From an uncultured Gammaproteobacteria bacterium (GTDB taxonomy: Bacteria > Patescibacteriota > Patescibacteriia > Patescibacteriales > UBA12465), in contig CAYYDR010000001.1 of assembly GCA_964470695.1 (NCBI GenBank), positions 139,405-203,404 on the forward strand: 64,000 nucleotides of DNA, given 5' to 3'. The notes below the pieces were generated by a model. It ran no database searches, was not told the origin of the DNA, and saw nothing but the letters and a program-made list of their open reading frames with translations. The first letter of the stretch is position 1, and every line of letters starts with the position of its first letter. A program made the position numbers and the translations under genes. Below are positions 38,391 to 48,363 of this stretch, in pieces.

Positions 38391-39317
38391 TTGGTTTATT
38401 ATAGATTTATGCCAGAGTTGACATTTGATTTATTACAACAAGAAGTAGAATATGTGAGGCTGAATAACGAATTTCAGGATGCTTTTGATTGTTATAATAT
38501 GGTTAAATCTTGGTTAGAAACCAAATCAGGTATAGCTAAAAATACACCAAAATATAATGAATATTATAGATATTTAGTGAAGTTTAAATTTTTGAGTTTA
38601 AATTACTTTGATGATGTAAACGACTATGTTGATTTGTTGAAAAATTATTTTAACCTTACTTTTGACATTCCTTATTTTAATGTCTGGGATAAAATAGAAA
38701 TAAAGTTAGTGTCCATAAGCGATTTAGACGAACGCGATGAGTTTAAATCTAAATTAAAATCAGCTTTGGAAAAATCAGATAATATCCTTCTTGATTCTAA
38801 AAAATATAATCAGACTAATTTACCAGTTAAAGTGAGTGATTGGATTAAGGATTTTATCGTAAGTTTGGGATTAGACGAATTTGATAAGGTTAAAAAGGCA
38901 GAATATATATCAAATGGACGATTCATTAAAATGTTAAATCAGGAGGATAGGGAGAAAGTTAAACTGCTTCTAGACTTATATGAAAAATTGAAGACTTCCT
39001 CTAGACAGAAAAATGGTTATGAGAATTCGGTTGTAATGAATTTAGATGGTAAGTTGATAATATTTAACCGCGGCGATGTTGATGAAGTGAAGTCATTGCC
39101 AAAATTAAATGATGAAATTGTTGTGGGTTCCATTAATAGCTCAGTGGTTTTTACCTCAGTATCTAATGATGCCAATTCAGAATTGGGAGAATTGGAGAAT
39201 ATGCTCCGAAATTACCCCGCCGGCACGCTGGAACATAAAGCTATTAGTCAGGAGATCAGTCGTTTAAAAGTTTTAGAGCTTAAGGCTGCTCAGCAGAAAT
39301 CAAATGTTAAAAGATAA
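38391..39317 (+). CDS. Hypothetical soluble acidic protein
   Basis: 308-aa ORF (the track uses TTG at 38391; the first ATG is at 38409). I recognise no motif. The local DNA is visibly more AT-rich than its surroundings. Confidence 0.5.
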   Translation: MVYYRFMPELTFDLLQQEVEYVRLNNEFQDAFDCYNMVKSWLETKSGIAKNTPKYNEYYRYLVKFKFLSLNYFDDVNDYVDLLKNYFNLTFDIPYFNVWDKIEIKLVSISDLDERDEFKSKLKSALEKSDNILLDSKKYNQTNLPVKVSDWIKDFIVSLGLDEFDKVKKAEYISNGRFIKMLNQEDREKVKLLLDLYEKLKTSSRQKNGYENSVVMNLDGKLIIFNRGDVDEVKSLPKLNDEIVVGSINSSVVFTSVSNDANSELGELENMLRNYPAGTLEHKAISQEISRLKVLELKAAQQKSNVKR

Positions 39318-40260
39318 CCCCTTGGTTGTTGTTTCCGGCTCCCTCGCTTATGACCAGATCATGGATTTTCCCGGTTCATTTGCGGATCATATATTGCCGA
39401 ATCAGATTCATAATTTGAATATCAGTTTTTTCCTTTCTGGCTGGAAACAGAGCTTCGGTGGCACGGCCGGAAACATCGCCTATAATTTATCATTGTTAAA
39501 AGAGAAGCCGGTTATCCTAGGGGTAGTCGGTTTTGATTTTTTATCTTATCGCGCCTGGCTAAAGAAATGTAATATTGATATTAGCCGCGTTAAAGCTGTA
39601 GCGAGCGATAAGACGGCCAATGCCTACATAATTACTGATCAGAAGGATAATCAGATTGCCGCTTTTTATCCCGGCCCCCGGCCTAAAAATTACGCTAGAG
39701 AATCCGCCCAGAAATTAAAAAAAATTAATTTAGCCATTATTGCGCCGGACGATAAAGCGCGCATGATGGATTATGTAGCGGTCTATAAAAAAAATCATGT
39801 CCCCTATATTTTTGACCCCGGCCAAGCCTTAATTGCCTTTTCAGCTCCAGAATTAAAAAAGGCTGTCAGCGGTGCCAAGGTCTTGATCGGCAATGACTAC
39901 GAAATTAAGTTAATGTCTGATAAGTTGAAAGTTAGTTTAGACAAGTTGGTTAGCTTAGTTGATATTTTGATAATTACTAAGGGCGGAGATGGCTCGGAAA
40001 TTTATCAGGGGCCGGAAAAAATCGTCATTAAACCGGCTAAAGCTAAAAATACCAGTGATCCGACTGGTGCAGGGGATGCCTATAGAGCTGGCTTGATTAA
40101 GGGCCTGATAAACGGGTATAATTTAAAGACTTGCGGCCAATTGGCGGCTTTAACGGCCGTTTATACGGTGGAAAAATTTGGTACTCAAACTCACAAATTT
40201 TCTTTAGCTGAATTTAAAAAACGCTATCAAGATAATTTTGGCGAAAGATTGGTTTTGTAA
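39304..40260 (+). CDS. PfkB-family carbohydrate/nucleoside kinase (adenosine-kinase-like)
   Basis: It has the PfkB signature DPTGAGDAYRAGLIKG near the C-terminus and GGTAGNIA near the N-terminus. It lies next to ahcY. Confidence 0.8.
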   Translation: MLKDNPLVVVSGSLAYDQIMDFPGSFADHILPNQIHNLNISFFLSGWKQSFGGTAGNIAYNLSLLKEKPVILGVVGFDFLSYRAWLKKCNIDISRVKAVASDKTANAYIITDQKDNQIAAFYPGPRPKNYARESAQKLKKINLAIIAPDDKARMMDYVAVYKKNHVPYIFDPGQALIAFSAPELKKAVSGAKVLIGNDYEIKLMSDKLKVSLDKLVSLVDILIITKGGDGSEIYQGPEKIVIKPAKAKNTSDPTGAGDAYRAGLIKGLINGYNLKTCGQLAALTAVYTVEKFGTQTHKFSLAEFKKRYQDNFGERLVL

Positions 40261-40336
40261 ATTTTTATAAATCAAGGCCATTATTTCTATATATTAAGCT
40301 AATATTAAATAAAATAATTATTAAGTTTTTATACCT

Positions 40337-41590
40337 ATGACTTATCATGTTAAAGATTTGAAGTTAGCCTCTAGTGGAGAAAAACGCTTGGAATGGGCGG
40401 GGCGCGATATGCCGGTTTTAAATATTATTAAAGCCAGATTTAATAAGACTAAGCCGTTTAAAGGAAAAAGAATTTCGGCTTGCATGCATGTAACCGCGGA
40501 AACCGCCAATTTAATGTTGGCTCTTAAAGCGGGCGGAGCAGATATTACCTTAGTCGCTTCTAACCCTTTATCAACCCAGGATGATATCGCGGCGGCTTTA
40601 GTTAAAAATCACGGCTTGAAAGTCATGGCTATTCGGGGCGAGGATAATAAAACTTATTATACCCATCTCAATCAGGCCTTAAAAAATAAACCGCAGATTA
40701 CTATGGATGATGGGGCGGATTTAATTTCTCTCTTGCATAATAAATATAAGAATCAGGCTAAGGATATTTTAGGTAGTATGGAAGAAACGACTACCGGCGT
40801 TATTCGTCTCCGTTCTTTAGCGGCCGCCGGAAAATTATTATTACCAGTTATTGCGGTTAATGATGCTAAAACTAAAAATTTATTTGATAACCGTTATGGC
40901 ACTGGTCAATCAACTCTAGACGGGATTATTAGAGCGACGGGTATTTTAGTGGCCGGAAAAAATATTGTCGTGGCTGGTTATGGCTGGTGCGGCCGGGGAT
41001 TTGCCATGCGCGCTCGCGGCATGGGCGCCAAAGTTATTGTTACCGAAGTTGACCCAATTAAATCTCTAGAAGCGGCCATGGACGGATTCTCGGTCATGCC
41101 TATGAAAGAGGCGGCTCGTATCGGTGATGTTTTCTGCACTATTACCGGCGATATTAAAGTTATTGATAAATATCATTTTCCTTTAATGAAAGACGGGGCG
41201 ATGGTTTGTAATTCTGGGCATTTTGACGTAGAAATAAATATTCCCGCCTTAAAGAAAATGGCTAAAAAAGTTACCAGAGTAAGCGCTCAGGTTGATGAAT
41301 ATTTAGTCGGGAAGAAAAGAATTTACATTTTAGGCGAAGGTCGCTTAATTAATTTGGCCGCTGCCGAAGGGCATCCGTCCAGCGTAATGGATATGAGCTT
41401 TGCGACGCAGGCCTTAGCGGCCGAACATGTTGTTAGTAGCGCTAAAAGGCTAGCGATTAAAGTTCATAATGTTTCGGAGGAGATTGAAAATAAGGTCGCT
41501 ATTTTAAAATTAGAATCCCTAGGCTTAAAAATAGATAAATTAACTAAAGAGCAGTCCGAATATTTATCTTCCTGGGAACTAGGCACTTAA
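40337..41590 (+). CDS. ahcY: Adenosylhomocysteinase
   Basis: MPVL, TAETANL, DDGAD and the NAD-binding [10 protein letters not shown] are present, and the 417-aa length fits. Confidence 0.95.
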   Translation: MTYHVKDLKLASSGEKRLEWAGRDMPVLNIIKARFNKTKPFKGKRISACMHVTAETANLMLALKAGGADITLVASNPLSTQDDIAAALVKNHGLKVMAIRGEDNKTYYTHLNQALKNKPQITMDDGADLISLLHNKYKNQAKDILGSMEETTTGVIRLRSLAAAGKLLLPVIAVNDAKTKNLFDNRYGTGQSTLDGIIRATGILVAGKNIVVAGYGWCGRGFAMRARGMGAKVIVTEVDPIKSLEAAMDGFSVMPMKEAARIGDVFCTITGDIKVIDKYHFPLMKDGAMVCNSGHFDVEINIPALKKMAKKVTRVSAQVDEYLVGKKRIYILGEGRLINLAAAEGHPSSVMDMSFATQALAAEHVVSSAKRLAIKVHNVSEEIENKVAILKLESLGLKIDKLTKEQSEYLSSWELGT

Positions 41591-41648
41591 TTATATAAAT
41601 AAAATAGCAATAATTTAATTTCCGCGACCACAGCGGACCAATAATAAT

Positions 41649-42800
41649 ATGGATATCAAATTAATTACCTCCGAATCGGTCACCGAAGGGCATCCGGATA
41701 AAGTTTGTGATCAGATTAGTGACGGCATCTTAGATGAGATGCTAAAAAAAGATCCTCATAGTCATGCGGCCGTAGAATGCTTCGTGACTAATGGTTTAGT
41801 CGTGGTGGGTGGAGAAGTGCGGACTAATTGTTATGTTCAGGTTGATGATTTGGTCCGTCGTATTCTTAAAAATATTGGTTATGACGGCGCTGAATCGGGT
41901 TTTGATTGCGACAGCGTCGGGATTGTTTCTGCCCTGCATGCCCAGAGTACTGAGATTGCTCAGGGGGTTGATGAAGGCAAGGGGGAGCAGAAAGAACAGG
42001 GAGCAGGCGATCAGGGTTTAATGTATGGCTATGCGACTGACGAAACTAAAGAGTTAATGCCATTACCCATTGTCTTGGCTCATAAGTTAACTGCTCGCTT
42101 GGCTCAGGTAAGAAAGAAAAAGATTCTGCCTTATTTAAAACCAGATGGCAAGAGCCAAGTGACCGTAGAATATCATGATGGTGTCGCTAAGAGAGTGGAG
42201 ACCGTTGTTATCGCGGCCTGTCATAGTGATAAAGTTAGTCTTACCAAGGTGCGCCGAGATATAACCGCTCAGGTTCTTAAACCGATTTTAGGAAAATTTT
42301 TAGATAAAAAGACTAAAATATTTATTAATTCCACCGGCGCCTTTACCTATGGCGGACCAGCCGCTGATACCGGCTTAACCGGCCGCAAAATAATTGTTGA
42401 TACCTATGGTGGAGTAGCGCGACATGGCGGCGGCTGTTTTTCCGGCAAAGATGCCTCTAAAGTTGATCGCAGCGGCGCTTATATGGCTCGCTATGTAGCT
42501 AAAAATGTCGTCGCAGCAGGATTAGCAGAAAGATGTGAATTACAAGTGGCCTATGCGATTGGCGTGGCTAAACCAGTCGGCATTTATATTAATACCTATG
42601 GCACTAATAAATATAGTGAAATGAATATTTTAAAGGCCATTGAAAAAACTTTTGACTTCCGTCCGAAAGCGATAATTGATCAGTTGAATCTTAAAAAACC
42701 AATATTTTCTAAGACGGCCGCCTATGGTCATTTCGGCCGGCCGGAATTTTCCTGGGAAAAAACAGATAAAGTCGCGGCCTTGAAAAAAGCCATAAAATAG
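41649..42800 (+). CDS. metK: S-adenosylmethionine synthase
   Basis: SESVTEGHPDKVCDQISD, GAGDQGLMYGYA, GGPAADTGLTGRKIIVDTYGG and GGGCFSGKD are the canonical MetK motifs. Confidence 0.97.
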   Translation: MDIKLITSESVTEGHPDKVCDQISDGILDEMLKKDPHSHAAVECFVTNGLVVVGGEVRTNCYVQVDDLVRRILKNIGYDGAESGFDCDSVGIVSALHAQSTEIAQGVDEGKGEQKEQGAGDQGLMYGYATDETKELMPLPIVLAHKLTARLAQVRKKKILPYLKPDGKSQVTVEYHDGVAKRVETVVIAACHSDKVSLTKVRRDITAQVLKPILGKFLDKKTKIFINSTGAFTYGGPAADTGLTGRKIIVDTYGGVARHGGGCFSGKDASKVDRSGAYMARYVAKNVVAAGLAERCELQVAYAIGVAKPVGIYINTYGTNKYSEMNILKAIEKTFDFRPKAIIDQLNLKKPIFSKTAAYGHFGRPEFSWEKTDKVAALKKAIK

Positions 42801-42843
42801 ATTAGAATAACTGGTTACTGATATACCAATTTATTTACCCCTT

Positions 42844-43254
42844 ATGCGCGTGATGGTGTTCGGCACATTTGATAACTTTCATCCGGGCCACCAGTCATAC
42901 TTGTCTCAGGCTCGGATTTTTGGCGACGAAATTACGGCCGTAGTAGCTAGAGACAGAAATGTTTTAGCAATCAAGGGGAGGGGGCCGCAGGAAAATGAAA
43001 AAATTCGGGTTAGAAAAGTTCGGGCTGCTTTGCGCACAATAGACGGAAAGAATAGGGCGGTTTTGGGAAATTTAAAAAATCGCTGGTTAGTTTTAAAAAA
43101 ATATCAGCCGGAAGTCATTTGCCTCGGGTATGATCAAAAAATAGATTTACCGCAATTAAAGCGCGAAATTATTAAATTTCGCCTTTTTTGTAAAATAAAG
43201 AGACTAAAACCTTATTACCCCGAGAAATATAAGTCTAGTCATTGCCGTAAGTAA
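42844..43254 (+). CDS. Small cytidylyl/adenylyl-transferase-fold protein (TagD/RibL-like)
   Basis: The N-terminal VFGTFDNFHPGHQSYL is the (H/T)xGH nucleotidyltransferase motif. It is 136 aa and lies 28 nt upstream of the first swivel-domain paralog. Confidence 0.6.
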   Translation: MRVMVFGTFDNFHPGHQSYLSQARIFGDEITAVVARDRNVLAIKGRGPQENEKIRVRKVRAALRTIDGKNRAVLGNLKNRWLVLKKYQPEVICLGYDQKIDLPQLKREIIKFRLFCKIKRLKPYYPEKYKSSHCRK

Positions 43255-43282
43255 TAATTTTACAGTTATAAATTAAACCAAT

Positions 43283-44767
43283 ATGATCTTAGATTATCGC
43301 CATCATAAAATGGTTAAAATGGGACACTGGTCTCTGCGGTGTTTAGATAGTGAAAATTGGCACGCCGAAGTAACTAGCGCTAATTTTTATAAGATATTTG
43401 GTTTTTATAAAGGGACAACGGCTTTACACGAAATTAGCAAGGGTTTACAGCATTGTTATTTTCCGCAGTATTTTTTTGATAAGATTTACGCCTATATCAC
43501 TAAGGTCAATAAAAAAGATTATCGCTCCTTGGCTAAAATTTTACTTAAATTTTATGATTTGAAAAAGATCGCCAAGCGAGAAATTCCTAAAATTAGAGTG
43601 TCAGACTATCGTCAGCTCAGTAATCGGGAATTAGTAAAATTATATAAGAAAAATAGAGACTGGGCCCATCGCGTTACGGTCTATGACCAGTTCGGCTGGA
43701 TAGCGGAAGAGTATTGGGAACCGTATATGTCTCAAGTTTTATCCAAGCTAGGGGTCGCTAGGGGATCTAGTGAATATAATAGAATTCTTTTTATACTGAC
43801 TAAGGCTCAGGAAATATCTACTACTCTTGAGGAAAAAAGAGATACTATTTTGGCGGCTTATAAAATAAAAATTAAACAGCAGACCATAAAACAGGCTAGT
43901 AAGTTATTGGTTAAAAAATACGCCTGGATGCCGGTTTTCACTTTCGGCGTGCCTTGGGATGAAAAATATTATGAACAGCAATTAGCCGCTTTAATCAAAA
44001 AGAAGGCTAAAGATTTGTGGGCTGAATATCAGGTCTTGGTGGACTATAAAAAAATCCAGCAGCAAGATATTAAAGATGTTTTGCGAGAATATAAAATTAA
44101 ACCTCGCGATTTGCAGTTATTTTTTGACTTTGGCCTAGCGCTTGACGCGCGCAATGAAGCGGAGTATTTGGTTAGTTTAGCTGGTTTTTATTTATTGCCG
44201 ATTTATAAGGAAATAGCTCGTCGTCTTTATATTTCCGTTACTCAATTGCGCAATCTTTTTGAAAAAGAAGTGGAAGCGGCACTACTTAGCAAATTAGACG
44301 TTCAAGATTGCCTTAATAAAAAAGGGGAAATTGTCGGCTGGGGCTTTAATTATAAAATGGATAAACGCTTTAATTTATCGCCGGCTGAGGCCGCTAAATT
44401 ATTTAAACATTTAGAAAAGCATTCGCTTAATTTACAGGGCCACGATGAGGAAAGGGGCAAGTGCGCCAGCCCTGGTAAAGTCACGGGCCGAGTAAAAATT
44501 ATTGATTCACCGGCTGAAAATAGCAAGGTTAAGGACGGCGACATCTTAGTCTGCCACGCTACTACGGTTGATTATTTGCCGGCCATGAAGAGGGCGGTTG
44601 CTTTTGTGACTGAAGTCGGTGGCTTAACTTGTCATGCGGCGGTAGTAGCCCGGGAATTTGGCGTTCCTTGCATCGTTTCCCTTAAAAATGCTACTAAGAA
44701 TTTAAAAAATAATAGTTTGGTAGAGTTAAACGCTGACGATGGAACTATCAGGGTGATTAAAAAATAA
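43283..44767 (+). CDS. Swivel-His paralog 1: unknown ~390-aa N-domain plus C-terminal PEP-utilizer phosphohistidine mobile domain
   Basis: The C-terminus GDILVCHATTVDYLPAMKRAVAFVTEVGGLTCHAAVVAREFGVPCIV matches the PEP-utilizer phosphorylation-site pattern G-G-x-T-x-H-A-A-[IV]-x-A-R. It has no ATP-grasp and no PEP-binding barrel. Confidence 0.8.
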   Translation: MILDYRHHKMVKMGHWSLRCLDSENWHAEVTSANFYKIFGFYKGTTALHEISKGLQHCYFPQYFFDKIYAYITKVNKKDYRSLAKILLKFYDLKKIAKREIPKIRVSDYRQLSNRELVKLYKKNRDWAHRVTVYDQFGWIAEEYWEPYMSQVLSKLGVARGSSEYNRILFILTKAQEISTTLEEKRDTILAAYKIKIKQQTIKQASKLLVKKYAWMPVFTFGVPWDEKYYEQQLAALIKKKAKDLWAEYQVLVDYKKIQQQDIKDVLREYKIKPRDLQLFFDFGLALDARNEAEYLVSLAGFYLLPIYKEIARRLYISVTQLRNLFEKEVEAALLSKLDVQDCLNKKGEIVGWGFNYKMDKRFNLSPAEAAKLFKHLEKHSLNLQGHDEERGKCASPGKVTGRVKIIDSPAENSKVKDGDILVCHATTVDYLPAMKRAVAFVTEVGGLTCHAAVVAREFGVPCIVSLKNATKNLKNNSLVELNADDGTIRVIKK

Positions 44768-44768
44768 T

Positions 44769-46199
44769 ATGGCCTGGCTTTTTTATAAACGAGGTACAAT
44801 TTTGCCCTATTTGGCCGATGTACCACTGATGGGCATTAATAAATATCATTCTCATCCCCTGGGGATTAAACATCCTCGAACTTTTTATATTAATGAAGGC
44901 GAAAAATTATATTGGGCCTGGGAAGAAAATGATTTAAAAAAAATGTGGAAGCGATTACTAACATTATTAGAATCGCCCCGAATGACTAAGACTTATTTTC
45001 GTAAGTTAGATAAAAATATTTCTCTCGCCTTGCGCGCTTCCGCCCAGGTTAAGCGTCTTAATTTACGGAAGTTAAGTAATAAGGATTTATTGGCGGTATT
45101 TGAAGATTTAGAGAAGAAAATAACCCCGGCTCATTTTACCATGAACAGCGAGGTGGATATTATTGATCTTTATTTTGAAAAATATCTTCGCGCTAAAATA
45201 GGCGCCGCCTTAAATAATTTATCCTCGGAGGAAATTGATGAAGTTTATTCCGTTGTGACAAAGCCGGTTTGCCGTACCTATGTTAATAAGCAGGAATTAG
45301 CTGTATTGCGAGCGGCCAGGCAGGGTGATATTTCTGAGCCAACTATTCAAAAGATATATACTAATTTTTGGTGGACTAACCTGGGCTGGGAAAATATTTT
45401 ACCCCATTCTTTATCGTATTTTCGTAATTTAGTGAAGCGGCAGGTTGGGAAGAAAAATATTGGTCAGTCCTTGCTTCAGGCGAGGAATTTTGTATCTATC
45501 AATCGCCAGCTTCGCCAGCGTTATTTGCGCCAATATGGCCTAGGGCCCGATATTAAATATTGGCTTTGGATATGCGATAAATATATTTTTTATCATGATA
45601 GGCGCAAGGAAGTCCAAGTTAAAACTACCTATTCTTTTTATTTATTGTTGCTAGAAGTAGCGCGCCGCTTTAATTTATCGGTGGATGATTTGGTTTGGTT
45701 ATGGCATAAGGAGGTTAAGGATATTTTGCGCGGCCAGGCAGCAGACAGGCAAGAAATTGCTAAACGTAAAAAGGGGATTGCGGCTTTGGTATATTTTAAT
45801 AAATTTGCAGTCTGGAGCGGGCAGGCGGCTATTAATTTGCGCCATCAGCATGTTAAAGAAGAGAAGGGTCGCCCCGCCGAGATTAAGGGGGTTGGAGTAA
45901 TTAATAAAATAGTCAGTGGCCGCGTTAAGATTTGCGCTGGTTTTAAAGAAGCGGCGGTTAAAATAAAGACTGGCGATATTCTGGTCTGCCCTATGACTAC
46001 TCCCGATTATGTTCCGTCCATGAAAAGAGCTAAAGCGATTATAACTGATGAAGGAGGCATTACCTGCCACGCCGCGATTATTGCCCGGGAATTGAAAATT
46101 CCTTGTGTGGTCGGCACCAAGATTGCTACTCAGGTTTTGTTTGATGGTGATTTAGTAAGGATTGATGCCGGCCGGGGAATAATAAAAATAATTAAATAA
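44769..46199 (+). CDS. Swivel-His paralog 2
   Basis: The C-terminus is GDILVCPMTTPDYVPSMKRAKAIITDEGGITCHAAIIARELKIPCVVGTKIAT. It starts 1 nt after paralog 1. Confidence 0.8.
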   Translation: MAWLFYKRGTILPYLADVPLMGINKYHSHPLGIKHPRTFYINEGEKLYWAWEENDLKKMWKRLLTLLESPRMTKTYFRKLDKNISLALRASAQVKRLNLRKLSNKDLLAVFEDLEKKITPAHFTMNSEVDIIDLYFEKYLRAKIGAALNNLSSEEIDEVYSVVTKPVCRTYVNKQELAVLRAARQGDISEPTIQKIYTNFWWTNLGWENILPHSLSYFRNLVKRQVGKKNIGQSLLQARNFVSINRQLRQRYLRQYGLGPDIKYWLWICDKYIFYHDRRKEVQVKTTYSFYLLLLEVARRFNLSVDDLVWLWHKEVKDILRGQAADRQEIAKRKKGIAALVYFNKFAVWSGQAAINLRHQHVKEEKGRPAEIKGVGVINKIVSGRVKICAGFKEAAVKIKTGDILVCPMTTPDYVPSMKRAKAIITDEGGITCHAAIIARELKIPCVVGTKIATQVLFDGDLVRIDAGRGIIKIIK

Positions 46200-46203
46200 A
46201 TAT

Positions 46204-47751
46204 ATGGCCTTAGAATTAGCCTTTAATCGCAAGGGCATCCCAATTTATCCTTGGTATATATCAGACATGGTCGCTACAAAAAATTTTGCTAAAGTCAGTG
46301 GCGGGCTGGCTATTAGTAAAGTTTTTTTCTTTCAGGAAAAAGGGATGTCTTATATTTATTATGATCGGGGTTCAACTGAGGCAATCGGTCAGCGATTACT
46401 AGAAAAAATTAATCAAGATAGAAATTTTTATCAGGCCGTGGCTAATAAAATATATAATCATAGCACTCAGTTATTAGATTTTTGTGAGACGCTTAAAAAA
46501 ATTAATCCGGCTCGCTTATCTCACCGTCAGCTTTTAAATTTATATGTTGCCTATGAGAAAAAGCTGGGTGATTTACGAACTTGGGGATGGGTTCCGCCGG
46601 TTTTAGATGGGATTTTCCAGCCATTTTTATCCGATCTTATCATGTCGGACTTAAAAAAATTTTTAATCCAAAAAAATCAAGTTGATCAGGTAGCTAATTT
46701 CTATAGTTTGTTAAGTAGTAGCGAGAAGAAGAGTGAAGTGCAAACTGAGACTCTAGCCCGTCTGAAATTGATTATTAAAATCAAAGCGAGTCGAAACGGG
46801 GAGGCCGCTATAAAAAATATACAGCGTAAAATGGTAGTTAATTTTTCCATTAAGTTTCCGGAAGCTTATAAATTGATTAATAACCATATTAAGCATTTTG
46901 GCTGGCTGACTTACGCTTACGCTGGTCCGGCTATGGATTTCAATTATTTAATAGATATGCTGGCCTCTGATTTGCGCACAGGAGATATTAAGGCTCAGAT
47001 TGAGGATATTAATAATCATTTTCGTACTGTTAAGAAAGAGAAAGCTGCCTTATCTTCTAAGTTGGGCCTGTTAGCCAAATTATCTTATCTCTTTAAAGTA
47101 TCATCGGAATTGATGTTTATTAAAGACTATCGTAAAGGAGTGTATCAAAAATCGTATCTTGCCATGGACAAGATAATGACCGAAGCCGCTAATCGCCTGG
47201 GTTTAAACTTATCGGAAATAAAATTTTTGATTTTACCGGAGATTCGGGACGCTTTGTTAAATAATAAAATTAATAAATATAGGGCCATAGCTAAACAGCG
47301 AGTTAATAAATGTGGCTACGTTATAGCTAAAGGGAAGATTAGATTATTTGAGGGGCGGGAGGCTGATAAATTAATTACTAAAGTTAAACAGCAGTTAAAA
47401 CCAAAAGATCAAATAACCGTTAGGAGTAAAGAATTAAAGGGGTCCATCGCTTACGCTGGTTTAGTGCGCGGGATAGTTAAAATTGTTTTGACTAAGGAGG
47501 ATATTCCAAAATTTAAAGCTGGTAATATTTTAGTCTCCTCGGCCACTAATCCTGATTTGATTTCCGCCATGAAAAAAGCGGCTGCTTTCGTTACTGATAC
47601 GGGGGGGATAATCTGCCATGCCGCGATTGTCGCCCGTGAACTCAAAAAACCCTGTGTGATTGGGACTAAGATAGCGACTTCGGTATTGAAAGACGGTGAT
47701 TTTGTTGAAGTAGACGCTAATCATGGTTTAGTCAGAATATTAAAAAAATAA
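46204..47751 (+). CDS. Swivel-His paralog 3
   Basis: The C-terminus is GNILVSSATNPDLISAMKKAAAFVTDTGGIICHAAIVARELKKPCVIGTKIAT. Confidence 0.8.
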   Translation: MALELAFNRKGIPIYPWYISDMVATKNFAKVSGGLAISKVFFFQEKGMSYIYYDRGSTEAIGQRLLEKINQDRNFYQAVANKIYNHSTQLLDFCETLKKINPARLSHRQLLNLYVAYEKKLGDLRTWGWVPPVLDGIFQPFLSDLIMSDLKKFLIQKNQVDQVANFYSLLSSSEKKSEVQTETLARLKLIIKIKASRNGEAAIKNIQRKMVVNFSIKFPEAYKLINNHIKHFGWLTYAYAGPAMDFNYLIDMLASDLRTGDIKAQIEDINNHFRTVKKEKAALSSKLGLLAKLSYLFKVSSELMFIKDYRKGVYQKSYLAMDKIMTEAANRLGLNLSEIKFLILPEIRDALLNNKINKYRAIAKQRVNKCGYVIAKGKIRLFEGREADKLITKVKQQLKPKDQITVRSKELKGSIAYAGLVRGIVKIVLTKEDIPKFKAGNILVSSATNPDLISAMKKAAAFVTDTGGIICHAAIVARELKKPCVIGTKIATSVLKDGDFVEVDANHGLVRILKK

Positions 47752-47757
47752 AATTAT

Positions 47758-48363
47758 ATGCCGTTTAGAAATAACAAAAATTTTCCGGCCCCGTATCAAA
47801 GAATTTGGCAACTCTGCCAGCCTTTGTTAAAGGCTGGCCGTCCGGGCGATAGTCAACATGCCTGGGAAACCGCCCACTTTATTTTAAATTATAGCGGTTC
47901 TTTGAAATTGGATTATAGTATTTTGGTTCCGGTCGCTATGATGCATGATATCGGACATGTGGCGATTTTGCCGGAACATTTTAAGTTTGTGACTGGTCCG
48001 CAGAAGATAAGTAACGCTAAATTAGTCCATATGCTAGCGGGCGCTAAGATCGCCAAAGATATTTTAGAAAAAGTTAGTTATAATCGGTCAAAAATTAAAG
48101 AGGTAGTAGATATTATTAGTATGCACGATGCTGATCAGCTCAGAGACATTAATGTTAAAGCAGTTTATAATACCAAAAATAAAAAGATTTTTCATGATAT
48201 AGATTCCTTAGATCGTTATTCTGAAGATCGTATTAAGTCTTTTGCTGGGCTATATCCCAGAGAAGACTTTTTGCGTATTTTGTCGGAATTTTCTGATAAC
48301 TTTTTCTTCGCTGAGTTCAAAAAATTAGCCGCTAAGAGATTGAAGAAATTAACGATGATATGA
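47758..48363 (+). CDS. HD-domain metal-dependent phosphohydrolase
   Basis: H...HD...H...D pattern: QHAWETAH, MMHDIGHV and ISMHDAD. Its stop overlaps the paralog-4 start (ATGA at 48360-48363). Confidence 0.7.
   Translation: MPFRNNKNFPAPYQRIWQLCQPLLKAGRPGDSQHAWETAHFILNYSGSLKLDYSILVPVAMMHDIGHVAILPEHFKFVTGPQKISNAKLVHMLAGAKIAKDILEKVSYNRSKIKEVVDIISMHDADQLRDINVKAVYNTKNKKIFHDIDSLDRYSEDRIKSFAGLYPREDFLRILSEFSDNFFFAEFKKLAAKRLKKLTMI

Noticed and set aside
41591-41648. A possible SAM/SAH riboswitch upstream of metK (small hairpin CCGCGACCACAGCGG), and a similar possibility upstream of ahcY (40261-40336)
   Set aside because: The leaders are only ~58 and ~76 nt, very AT-rich, and contain at most a 4-bp stem. 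That is too short and unstructured for SAM-I/II/IV or SAH riboswitch folds. A covariance-model scan would settle it.
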